Position numbers and translations under genes: made by a program
Notes under the pieces: generated by a model
Seen by the model: only the letters and a program-made list of their open reading frames with translations
What the model was told of the DNA's origin: nothing
The model's database searches: none
Source: Azolla caroliniana
Lineage: Eukaryota; Plantae; Polypodiophyta
Direction of reading: 5' to 3'
DNA: 64,000 bases
NCBI GenBank assembly: GCA_043228905.1
Contig: JBHGNT010000022.1
Coordinates: 4,836,001-4,900,000, forward strand
Part shown: positions 46,846-58,960 of the stretch, in pieces
Layout: each line of letters begins with the position of its first letter
Position numbering within the stretch: position 1 is the first letter of the stretch

Positions 46846-49800
46846 AAACTAGGTCCTCAATCTAAGATGACTCGTAACACTTGTCATCTTAAGAGGGGGG
46901 TAGTGTCGTGATATAGCATAGTATGGCTTCAAAAGGATTTCAACCCATATCCTTTTGTCACATGGGTTGAAGCCCTACCATTAAGCTATACACTGTAATA
47001 TGAAGAATATTGTTTTCATTTATTATTTCACGTAGGAAATCCATGTATATTCTAGATTTCTCTGGAACATTCTAGTCAAGAATACTCCTAAGCACACTAT
47101 AAAAAGAGGCACATGGCATTATTGAGAACCAATTCGGTTCAACGTCAGTCTTAAGCCTCCTAGCTACTCTTGTATCTTATCTTCATATAATATACCACTT
47201 GTTATCATAATTTTCTCTCTCTCTTCTCTCTCTCTCTCCCTCTCCCTCTCCCTCTCTCTCTCTCTCTCCTTCTCTCGTGAGTCTCCACACAGTTTTCCCC
47301 TTCTTAGTACTAATTCTCATTCTTCCACTCTATCTTAAAACTAATTCTCCCTATCTCTAGTACTATCCTGACACCCCCTTCGTGGGAAACTTTCATTACA
47401 ACTGTGTGCAATGTGTCAATTGTTGCCGTAAAGTACTCCTCAGTCACAAGTGCAATTCTGACTGAAGCAGCTTGAAGAAAATCACTTGCGAACGATTCGG
47501 CCAACGACACTTATGGAGTACAAGGTTCGATCGACCGATCGAATAGCCGAGGAAGAGGTTCTTCACGACAGTCAAACAACCAGCGAACTTGGAGCAAGAA
47601 ACCCGGACACATCAAAGTTGATTGCCGCACACTCAAAGCCAAAAACGATAAGGCTCAGTGAGCTGATCAGAAGTGTGGCCAACATGAGGAGGTCAATTAC
47701 GTCGGCTCTTCAGCCGAAATATTGTCGAACGAATCGAACATCTTGTTCATCAAAAATCAATCAAATCAGAAGTTTTGCTTATGACTGAAGAGTCAAACAG
47801 TTGGCTCTTGGACTGGTGCACTTCATATCACATGACCCCTCGTTGATCCGAATTTCGGCAATACTCAGCCCAATATTCCGACTCAGTCCGAATCGGAAAT
47901 TCGTAGGATTGTGCAATAATTGGAATCAACGTAAGATACATTAGGAATTATGGACTTAAGATACCTCAAGCTGAGGATCTTCAGGTGTGAGGCATATGCC
48001 CTCACATCGAAAGATGGTTGCCACAAACTTGCACCAAGGCCTAGGAAATGTATTTTCCTAGGTTATGGACCAGATGGCGAAATCGGATACCGACTCTTGG
48101 ACCCCAAGCAGAGACAATGAGTCGACTACGCATATAACAGTCGAAAGGCCTATTGAACTCCGAAGGGTAATTTTTTCCAAAGTGCCGACCCTTCATGAAG
48201 ACCCAACCCATAACACGAGATTGGCTTCACTGGTAGCCGAATCCTCGAACCCCGACTTGACAACGCTCGACTCGAAACAGCCGAATGGTTTGGCTCTGGA
48301 TTATCCGACTTCAACACCCGATGCGACTAGTCCAATCATACCTCGAAGATCCGAGAGACTGTCGCATTCACCAGAGAGATACTCTCGTAGAATCTTTGTT
48401 ACGGACACTGGAGAACTGACGCCATACGAAGAAGCATCAACATCTGTCGATTCTGCCACCTGGCATCTAGGAATGGAGTCCGAGATGAACTCCATTCGAG
48501 CAAACCAAACTTGGGACTTGGACGAGCTCCCAAAGAATGGACTTGCTCTTCCATGCAAGTGGGTCTATCGAGTCAAAGGGACGTCTGATTCGGCCACCCC
48601 AAAATTCAAGGCCAGACTAGTAGCTAAAGGTTTTCGACAGGAATGTGGCGTTTATTTCGACGAAATCTTTTCACCAATGGTGAAAATGACAACCCTTAGA
48701 TTCATGCTCGACATCTTGGCAGCCGAGGACTTGAAGCTGATTCAACTAGATGTCAAAATGACATTCCTCCATGGTGATCTAGAGGAGGAAATTTATATGG
48801 ATCAACCGAAAGGCTTCGTGGCACCCGGCCAAGAACATATAGTCTGCCGACTCACGAAGAGTCTATACGGTCTGAAACGGGCACCGCGATAGTGGTATAA
48901 GAAGTTTGATGACTTCACTCACTCCGTCGGCTTCTCTAAGACCGATGAGGACCGCTACCTCTTCACAAAAGCAGCTCGAGATGGGTCACTCATCTTCCTC
49001 ATCATCTACATGGATGACATGCTAATCTCTGGTCGGCAAGCCAGACAGCTTGCCGAACTTGTTCAGCAACTTCAGTTGAAGTTTTCCATGAAGGACCAGG
49101 GTCCGAGAAAACAATTGTTTCTGTCCCAATCCGACTATATTCGACGTGTCCTCGACCTCTTCAACATACAATCGGCAAAATATGCTTCGATTCTGGTCCC
49201 CATTAGCCGCCGGCTATCTCGGCGAGACTCCTCGACATCCGGTTCGGAGGGGGAAACCATGAAGTCGGTACCGTATGCACCGGCAGTCAGCTCCCTGATT
49301 TATGCAATGGGCGCGACACACCCTGACATTGTTCACGCCATAGGAGTCATCAGCAGATTCATGCACAACCCTGGCCGATCACACTAGAATGTAGTAAAGC
49401 ATGTGTTCAAATATCTGGTGGGCACAAAAGACCTTGGCATTCTATTTGACCCGAACGACACCTCAAGCGTACTCGGCTATACCGACTTGGACTTTGCTGG
49501 ATGTGTGGACAGTCGAAAATCAACAAGCAGATACTGCTTGAATTTCGGCAATGGAGCAATCTCGTGGAAATCGAAACTTCAAGACTGCACTACCACATCA
49601 ATGACCAAGGCCGAATACGTAGTTGCTTCCAATGCGGCGAAAGAGGCCTTATGGCTTGGTTAGTTGGCTTGCACGTTTCGACAAGTCAAATCAGACTCGG
49701 TTCCAATTGTCAACAATGGCATATCTAATCCGAATCCACTCTGTTGAAAAATCCGGTTCTTCACAACACCTTCAAGCATATCGATGTTCAATATCACTTT

Positions 49801-52217
49801 ATTCGAGACTGCATCATCTCAGGAAAAATCGGCCTCGAAAAGATATCTACAACAAAAAATGTCGCAGATGGGATGACCAAATGTCTTTCGGCGGATCGAT
49901 TCCGATCCCTATGGCAGTAGATGGGCATAACTAAGAATCAGTCTAATTAAGTCGGACATTCAGGATGTTTTTTGAACAATCGACTTCGATAGGTCGAAGC
50001 TCGGTTTTAGTTTTCCCAATCTCGACAAGTTCCACCTTTTGTTTTTCGAAGTTCACCAACTCGAACGAAATTTTTCGCTTTGTTCGAAAAACCTCGTATC
50101 AATCTGTATTGTACATTTTGTTCGATGTATACGCCCATTACGGGGGAGTGTTGAATGCGGGTTTCTAATGAACGTATTCACATTGTCTCCCTTTGTACAC
50201 ACTAGGTTTAGGCTATTTATGTAAACAGTGAGAAGGGCAGTTGCCCTAAGTCAGTCAGTATATAAACTGACTTTGTAACCTAGCTTTCTGGTTGTTGCAA
50301 ATATAGTTCATCTTGTGCCTAACGTCTGTCTCTCTCTTGCATTCTTGAATTCTTGTTTATCTTCCTTCTTGATTCTGTTTCTAGTTGCCATCAATCTTCT
50401 TCATTGTTTCTATCAACGATCTTCTCATAGAAGAGTGCTAAGATTGTTCCTCACCTAGACGACCGCATTCTCAACACTATTGCTAGTAGCTCCTTCTCAT
50501 GGAACTTGTAGTTGGTGGCGTCAAATTTGCGCGAATGGAAAGACGAGGTATGTAATTTCTCATCGTCGCGATTCAAACTGTGAGGAATAGTACTAAGATA
50601 GAAATGAGGGAATTAGTACTAAAGATGAGGGTTAGTACTATGAGGAAGGGAGTGTGTGAAATTTAGGAGAGGAGAGAGAGAGAGAGAGAGAGAGAATCAT
50701 GATAATAAAGAGAGGATACAAGAACAACTAGGAAGCTTAAGACTGGCGTTGAATCGAATTGGTTCTGAATAATGTCATGTGCCTCTATTGATAGTACTGT
50801 CAGGATTTCTCTTGAAGTTTCTAGAATGTTCTAGAGTAATCTGGAATATACATGAATTTCCTATAGTGAAATAATAAATGAAAATAATATTTTTTGCATT
50901 ACAATGTATGGTTGAACCCTTGTAACATAAGGTCATGGGTTCAAATCCTTTTGGAGACATACCATGCCACATTGACGATCGTAGGAATTTTCTCAAGGCC
51001 TAGATTTCCTGAAGTGACCTAGTCCCAAACAAAGTGATATCAAATGTTCACGCCAGCCGACCGAGCCATATGACCTCTTTTGCCGCATCAGACACAACTA
51101 CATATTCGGCATCGGTCACTGATGTGGTCGTGCCCTCTTGAAATTTCGACTTCCACGAAATTGCTCCAATGCCGAATTTGAAGCAATATCCGGTTGTTGA
51201 GTTTCAACTGTCCAAGCAATCGGCAAAGTCTGACTTGGTGTAGCTGACAATGCCTGAATTATTGTTCGAGCCGAATAGGATGCCATAGTCTTTTGTGCTC
51301 ACAAGATATCTGAACACATGCTCACTGTGTTTCAATGCAATCAGTTGGGGTTGTGCATAAATCTGTTGACGGATCTTGCGGCATGAGCAATGTTTGGTCG
51401 TGTCATGACCATCACGTACATCAAGGAGCCTATTGTTGGTGCACATAGTAACAACTTCATATCTTCACCCTCAGACTTGGATGTTGGACAGTCTAATTGA
51501 GACAGCTGAAAGCTTACTGGGTGCACGGTCAAAGCAAATTTGGTTGATTGCATGCTGAAGAGTTCCAAGACACATTTATTCAATGTAGTCGGCTTGAAAC
51601 AAAAATAGTTGTCGTCGATCTCGGAACCGATTGTTCTTCATACCCAAAATGTGTCTTGCCAGACCGAGGTCCGTCATGGCAAACTTCAACTGCAATTGCC
51701 AAACAAAATCGACAATCTCTTCGGCATGCTGACCGAAGAGTAGCATGTCATCCATGTAGAGGATGAGGAAGATGGGTGACCCATCTCAAGTTGTTTTGGA
51801 GAAAGGCAATGATCCTCATCGTTCTTGGAGAAGTTGACCGATTGTATGAATTCGTCAAACTTCTTATACCACTACCTTGGCGCCTGTTTCAGGCCATATA
51901 AACTCTTCTTAAGTCGGCAGACTAGATATTGTTTTCCAGCTATAACAAAGTTTTTCTAATATTCCATGTCAATCACCTCCTCTAGGTCACCATGGAGGAA
52001 TATCGTTTGTACACCTAACTGAATTAGCTCTAAGTCATCAGTTTCCACTATGCCGAGCATGAATTGAAGGGTTGTCATTTTCACTATTGGTGAGAAGATT
52101 TCATCGAAGTCGACACCAAATTCTAGCTGAAACCCTTTTACTACTAATTGAGCATTGAATTTGGGATTAGCCGAATCAAGCGTCTCTTTCAATCAATAGA
52201 CTAATTTACAAGGAAGA

Positions 52218-55200
52218 TGTTATGTACACGTAACGTTGGTGAGGGTAGGTCACTAATATTTACATTACTTAAGGGTATGTTCACTAATGTTAAAAAAGGG
52301 GCTAATGTGATTTGATAGAAGGAATGATAGGTGCATGCACAATCATGATTTGGGCAACCAATGAATGGAGACCCTTTTAGAAAGGCACATCTATTCAAGG
52401 GGCCTAGGAAAAGGTATAAATATGAGGCTTAACTACCCTCATAAGCACATTACGTCGTAAGGTTGTTGTCTTAGACACTAGTGGTGCGGGCTAGGCTTTC
52501 GTCTCGATGATCGTGTTTATCTCTTCCAAGGTATTAGTCATCCTAATATCTGGCGGTATGGGACGTCGGTGGTAGGTTGGCTATGTCTAGATCATAGCTC
52601 GAGGGTGGTCGGGTGGAACGGGTTCTTCTATCCAATCTATTTTCCTTCTTTTACTTTACTTTGGTCTAGTGATTAGTAATAGACTCCTAACAATGGTATC
52701 ATAGCATTTACTAACATTTATTTTTTGTTGTTTTGATATTTTTTGCGTGTGAGCGATGGGAACCTAACAAGGCTCGTCATGCTCTTCACAAGTTCAAAAC
52801 AACATTCTTAACCCGGTATTCTTCTTTCTCGATCTCTCTTTTCTTTTATATGATGCTTTCTTCTTGGTCATATGGAAGAGGTATTACGTTTTCTTTTCTT
52901 TTCTTTTCTTTCTTCTTTCTACCATGATATGATGTTAATCTACTTATGCATTGGATCGAGCGTGTTTGCCCTAATCGCACACGCTCACCTCATGAACCTT
53001 TTGCATATGATGTTGAGTATGGCACCCTTCCCTTTATTGAGCCATCACTTGGCTGATTCTATGGGATGTTGTGGTCTTAATAAGGTGTATGTCGCCTACC
53101 TATGCCACTCTACTCTCTATTGAGTTATCACTTGGCTGATTCTATGGGATGTGATGGTCTTGAGGAGGTGCATGTCGACTATCTTAGGGTTTCATACCTT
53201 AAGGCATGCTTAATGTTCATACACCTAATTGATTATTATTCTAATTATTTTGTAATTACACAAATTGTCTTTTCACGTTCTGATGATTTTCTCATAAGTG
53301 TCATTAAATACCCACCCACAATTAACTCTCTTTCTTGCCCTTATTTTAAGTACCCCTATTGATGTTTTATTCATAAATTTGAGTACTACATCTTTGCGCA
53401 CAACACCACCACCATTTGTATCAACTTGTGGCTTATGTCACAATTGTGTACATTACAATCGCCATATTGGGATGGATATGTGCATACCTCGCACCATCCA
53501 TTTATTGGTGGTATTTTTTTTTAGTAGACAACGCATGGTTTTTGAACCTTGTTTTCGTCACTTCTTGACTCTTATAGATAGTGACATATTTTTCTCTTTT
53601 TTTCATAACATTTGCCTGCTACTCGGAAGACTAGAATATTACTTGAGAGTGCACTTGTTTTTTCACATAATACACTTTCTCGACCATATTAATACATGTT
53701 GGGTTGGCATTCTAATATAAGGCTAACTAGGAAACTACATTGATGTTAGAACCATGGTTGAGCCTCAGGGAGCCGCCATGATTATTTAAGATAGAGATCC
53801 GAGAAAGACATCTTAGCTATGTTTTCCCCCATGGTTTTTAAAACACCATAGTGTTACCATAGTTATCGAATCTCGAATCACATCTCATATGTCTTGAAGG
53901 GTAAAGACGTGAGATGCTTTCTTGGTAAAGTTCTTACAATCAAAATTTCAAGCATTCATTTTGCTTGTGTATTTTCTAAACCTCCTTATTTATATTGCAT
54001 ACCCACAACTTACATCATGGAAGTTTTTTTGAACATTGTTCGAGCGATCTCTCCGACTGAGACCTCTCAACTCCAATCCACATATCGCACACAAGCTGAG
54101 ATCACTATTGAGCATTTGCTCACTACTACCTTGAATCAATTGGCCAAAATGAGGCAAGCCAATATGGCATTGGAAAAGAAATTCCAAGAATTGACCATTG
54201 AGTCCAAGAAAGAAGGTGAACCTTCTTTCATAGTAATGTCATTCAAGGGAGATAGGAAAGAAAGAACCGAGGAGGCCATTAGCACTTGGCTTAGGTGGTC
54301 GAGTTGCTACTTGGTGGCGCGGCCTAAGGACTGCAGAGAACTTACCCACAACTTGGGAAGGTTTCGTTGATTTTTTTAAGAAACATTTTTTGCAGCCACC
54401 TTCTCAAACTGAACAACCGCAACACTTGGTCACGTTGTCGAGTAAGCCATTTACCTCTCTCGAGGATTATGTGCATCATGCTCGAACCCAGATCCAAAAA
54501 TCGGGACTTACGGGTGAGAAATGGTTTGTTGCTTGCTTTTTGAATGGTATTGCCAATGGGGATTACCATTGGATTGTCCATGACAAGGACCCCACAACTT
54601 TCGAGGAAGCCGTCAACATTGTACTTCGGTACCATAGGACTTCCAAGAAACACCACAATAAACCTAAGTTCACCAAAACTCTGAATGTCAAGTTCATTGG
54701 GAAACGTAAGAAAACCAATGACACTCTTGACCACGACTCCAAGAAACCGAACCTCTTTTGTGCATATTGCAAGAAATGGGGCCACACAAAGGATACATGT
54801 CGTCATCTTGAGAGGAAGTCAATGAACACCCCTCCTCAAGACAAATCTACAACTCACACAGATGAGTCTTTTGATGTTGTTGAAGTTCATACCAACCGCT
54901 TAAGTTCATGGGAATGCACTTTTCCGTCACATTTACTTGGACCTAATGATTTACTACAAGCAATTTGGTATATCAATGGAACACAAGCACATTTTTTGTT
55001 TGATTCCGATAGTCCTCACAGTTTGCTTAATGATCACTTTGTGCAGCAAATGGAACTCCACATAAATGCAAGTGATCATCTCTATCAAGTTCACATGGAA
55101 AATGGAAACGTTCAATACATCGGTGGCATTGTTTGTCAACTGCCAATTCAAATAGATACGTATTTGGAGAAACTAGACTTTCATGTTATGAAACTACAAT

Positions 55201-57715
55201 CCGCAGATGTCATGTTAGGATACCCTTGGTTTTTTAATAAAAAACCTTCTTTGTCCATTGATTGGGTTAATCACTCAATCACATTTGAACTTAATAATTG
55301 TAAACATTTTATTCAATGTTCCAAACTTCCTTCTCGTTCACTTGTATCTTCCAAATCTTTAAGTGAGTATTCTAGTTCATTAATTTATTCAGTGTAATTG
55401 ATCCTGCGCTTCAATTTTATTACTTTAATATTGATGCCACACAATTACCACATTATGAACAACGATTACTCGACTCTATTTTAGATGATTTTCAAGATGT
55501 GTTTTCTAACGAATTGCTGCTTACTTTACCACCAAAACGAAATGTGGACCATCAAATTTAACTCATCCCCAGTGCTACTCCTGTGAGCATTCCACCTTAC
55601 CGACTTAGTCGATTAGAAGAGGATGAGATCGCTAAACAACTTAAGGAATACTTGAGTATGGGCCACATTAGGTATAATAAATCACCTTGGGGTGCGCCAG
55701 TTCTATTACTTAAGAAGAAGGAAGGTTCATGGCGAATGTGTATCAATTATCGCCGTTTGAATAAAATGACAATTAAAAATGCATATCTGTTACCTCCTGT
55801 TGATGATTTGATTGATCGTTTGCATGGGGCCCGATATTTTACGAAAATTGACTTACGAACAGGTTATCATCAGATTCGCATTGTCGAGGATGGTATTCCT
55901 AAAACCACTTTTCGTACGCGCTATGGCCATTATGAGTTTTTTGGTCATGCCTTTCGGGTTGACTAATGCTCCAGCCACATTCCAACAAGCGATGAATGAC
56001 GTTTTCCGAGATCAACTCGGTGATTTTGTTGTCGTGTTCTTGGATGATAATTTTGATATAGAGTTGTACCTTGCAAGATCATGTTCAACATGTTCGATTT
56101 GTTTTGCAAAATTCGCGTGACAACTCTTTCTATGCAAAACATTCAAAATGTGATTTTTTTCCCAAAATCTATTATGTACCTAGGTCATTTAATTACAGAA
56201 ATGGCGTTGAAATTGAACCTTCTCGTATTAAAAAGGTTAAACTTTGGCCAATTCCTCATAATATTCGTGAACTGTGATCATTCTTAGGGTTTGTTGGATT
56301 TTTACGAAATCAATTCGTAACTATTCCAAATTGACTACGCCATTAACAGACCTTTTAAAAGGTCATCCACGTAAGTCTATCAAACCGATTTCATGGAATG
56401 AACACCGTTGCAGATGCTCTTAGTCGCATTAAAGAAGTTAACATGCTTAGCTTCACGGAAGTAAAATCTGATCTTTTAGATCACCTTCGAGGGAAATACC
56501 TTGATGATAGTTATTTCTCAAAATACTAGACGAAAGCCAAATCTGGTTTAGATGTCGTTACTAGCACCCTACCCTCAAAGGCGACCTTTCACATTACAAA
56601 CGGTTTGCTCTACCATAGTGGAAAGGTTTGTGTTCTAGATTTACCAACGTAAAATAGAAAATTCTTCATGAATGTCATGATGCACCATCTACGGGTCATC
56701 CTGGAATACAATGCACACTCGTTCTAATCTCAAGTACTTTTTTCTGGCCTAAGATGCACTCTAACATGCATAAATGCGTAACTCAATGCTTAATAAGTCG
56801 GAAAAACTTAAAGATGTTGATCTTTTACATCCCTTAGATATTCCCAACAATAAATGGGAAAGTATCTCGATGGATTTTATTGTTAGTTTACACCGTACAT
56901 AGAGGGGTCATGATGCCATTTGGGCTGTCATTGACAGACTAACAAAATTGGCTAGATTTATTCCTACCAAAACCACGGTAACCGCTAAACAATTTGCTTA
57001 TCAATTTGTTGATGAGTTATTTCGTTTTTATGGATTACCGATGGATATTGTTAGTGATCGAGATTCCAAGTTTACTAGTGACTTTTGAACTCAAGTCTTT
57101 AAGAAACTAGAAACTACATTGAGCGTGAGTTCCGCAGATCATCCTCAGTCTGATGGACAAACTGAAAGAGTTAATCAAATTATTGAGGACATGCTTCGAG
57201 CTTATGTAGCAAAAACCCCTTCTAAGTGGGAGCAATACCTTCCTATCTTAGAATTTTCCTATAATAGCTCTAAACATACATCCACTGGATATAGTCCTTT
57301 TATGTTGATGTATGGTTTTCAGCCACGTTCCCCAATCGATGTGCATATTGCCAAAGAAAATGTCAAAACAGCTCAAGATCGTGATCGATTTTATGTTGAT
57401 CGGGAGAGACATCCTCGTGCATTTACTATTGGTCAAAAAGTTTTTTTGCGTGTCCCTACTAACTCTACGTTGAGTTAGCCCCACGATATTGTGGCCCATT
57501 TGAAATCCTTAAGCGAGTTGGATCATCTACTTATCACCTTGCCTTACCCCGTAATGTTGGTATTCATCTTGTTTTTCATGTCAATCGTCTAGAACCATTT
57601 TTAGGCTCTAGTGATAACACCATCACAATCCAAGATCTTGTAACATAGAAGGATTTTTCTTACAAACCTCATGTTCCTGAATGAATTCTTGATTCTCGTA
57701 CCAAACATTTACGTT
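52218..57715 (+). mobile_element. Ty3/gypsy chromovirus G4 (tRNA-Met primed), 3'-truncated; 5' LTR 52218-52692
   Basis: TGTTA..TAACA LTR. PBS TGGTATCATAGC at 52694. Gag from ~54017 with [29 protein letters not shown]. Integrase HPQSDGQTERVN. Ends in a chromodomain start. RNase H deleted at ~56400. Confidence 0.88.
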
Positions 57716-58960
57716 GATTGCCCTAAGCTATATTTATATTTATATGAATTTTGGGCTATTTACAAATATAACCTCAATAGGCTAACCATGAAACATATTT
57801 ACACATATGTCCTTTGATCCGGTTTGCACTGGATCCATCCGGATTCACTCGATCCGGTTTTCGGGTCTCATCCGGAACCCTTCCGGATCCGATTCCTTCA
57901 TCTGACTCGTCCGATCCGGCTCCCCCAGTTCTCATCCAGATCCCATCCGGAGGGAACAAATTCCCAACAAACTCCCCCTTCACTCCAGCATGGGATTTCT
58001 CGTTAATCGGACCCGTTTCCGGCACGTGTCCAGTTTGTCAGCTGACAGCACCTTGGCCAGTATATCCGATCCGTTCTCCTTCATGTGGATCTTCATTAGC
58101 ACGAAGTCTTGGTCTTCTACTCTCTCCCGAATCCAATGATACCTCCGCTGGATGTGCTTCGTTCGGGAATGGTAGGCCGCATTCTTCGCAAGGTGGATGA
58201 CACTTTGACTGTCACAGTAGAGCCGGAATTCCTCCTACCAGATCCCTAGCTCTCTGATGAAGTCCTTCATCCAGATTATCTCCTTGGTGGCTTCCATAGC
58301 TGCCATATACTCTGCTTCCGTTGTCGACAGTGCAACAGACTTCTACAGCCTCGACTGCCATGATACAGCTCCCCCTACATAAGTCATGACATATCCAGAT
58401 GTAGACCAGTTGGTATCCACATCAGCTGATATATTTGAATCCGTGAATCCGTCAAGTTGGGGTTTACCAGAGCCAAACCGGAGGCACATACTCGAGGTGC
58501 CTTTTAGATACTGGAGTATCCACTTGACCGTGTTCCAATGCTCTCTTCTAAGATTGCTCATGAACTGGCTGAATACTCCGACAACATATGCAATATCTGA
58601 TCCAGTGCACACCATTGCGTACATTAAACTTCCGACAGGAGAGGCATATGGTATCTTCGTCATATCCGAGTTCTCTGTCTTTGTCTTCGGGCTCTACTTT
58701 CCGAACAACTTGCAATTTGCCGAAAGTGTCGATCTGACCAATTTCACCTCTGATATGTTGAACCTTTGAAGCACCTTTGTCACGTACTTCTCATGTGACA
58801 ACCACAACAGCTTCTCCGACCGATCCCGGATTCTGTGCATCCCTAATATTTGTCTTGTCGAACCCAAATCTTTCATTGAGAAAGTCTGGTTCAAGGCCTT
58901 CTTTAGCATTCGGATCTTGATTCGGTCTCGTCCGACTATCAGCATGTCGTCCACATATAG
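57716..58960 (-). mobile_element. Copia B3 fragment (RT end, RNase H, PPT, partial 3' LTR 57716-57969)
   Basis: YVDDMLIVGRD, GFTDSNISADVD. PPT at 57970. LTR start TGTTGGGAA. Confidence 0.88.

Larger units (their letters stand above)
42120..47373 (+). mobile_element. Tcn1-like chromovirus G3, near full-length and degenerate, inserted in D1 gag; LTRs 42120-~42561 and 46904-47373
   Basis: TSD CCCCT/CCCCC. Gag ATG at 42606. Protease LLDSGAN, RT YLDD, RNase H, integrase. PPT AAGAGGGGGGTAG at 46891. The 5' LTR end and PBS are deleted. Confidence 0.92.
21687..50476 (+). mobile_element. Degenerate Ty1/copia D1 inserted in G1 RNase H; LTR copies at 21687-21975, 29922-30076 (half) and 50149-50476
   Basis: TSD CCATT/CTATT. 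PBS TGGTACCAGAGC at 30079. Gag pieces at 30740-30916, 41872-42119 and 47374-47930. RT/RNase H at 48065-49950. PPT ACGGGGGAG. Integrase largely deleted. Confidence 0.82.
19372..50969 (-). mobile_element. Tcn1-like chromovirus G1, deleted for gag/PR/RT; LTRs 19372-~19985 (3') and 50579-50969 (5'); RNase H, integrase and chromodomain at 20003-21686
   Basis: TSD CATTG at both ends. Integrase GYHPQTDGQAERTN. Chromodomain PEYEVVVILDSK at ~20010-20165. LTRs homologous to G2 and G3. Confidence 0.8.
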
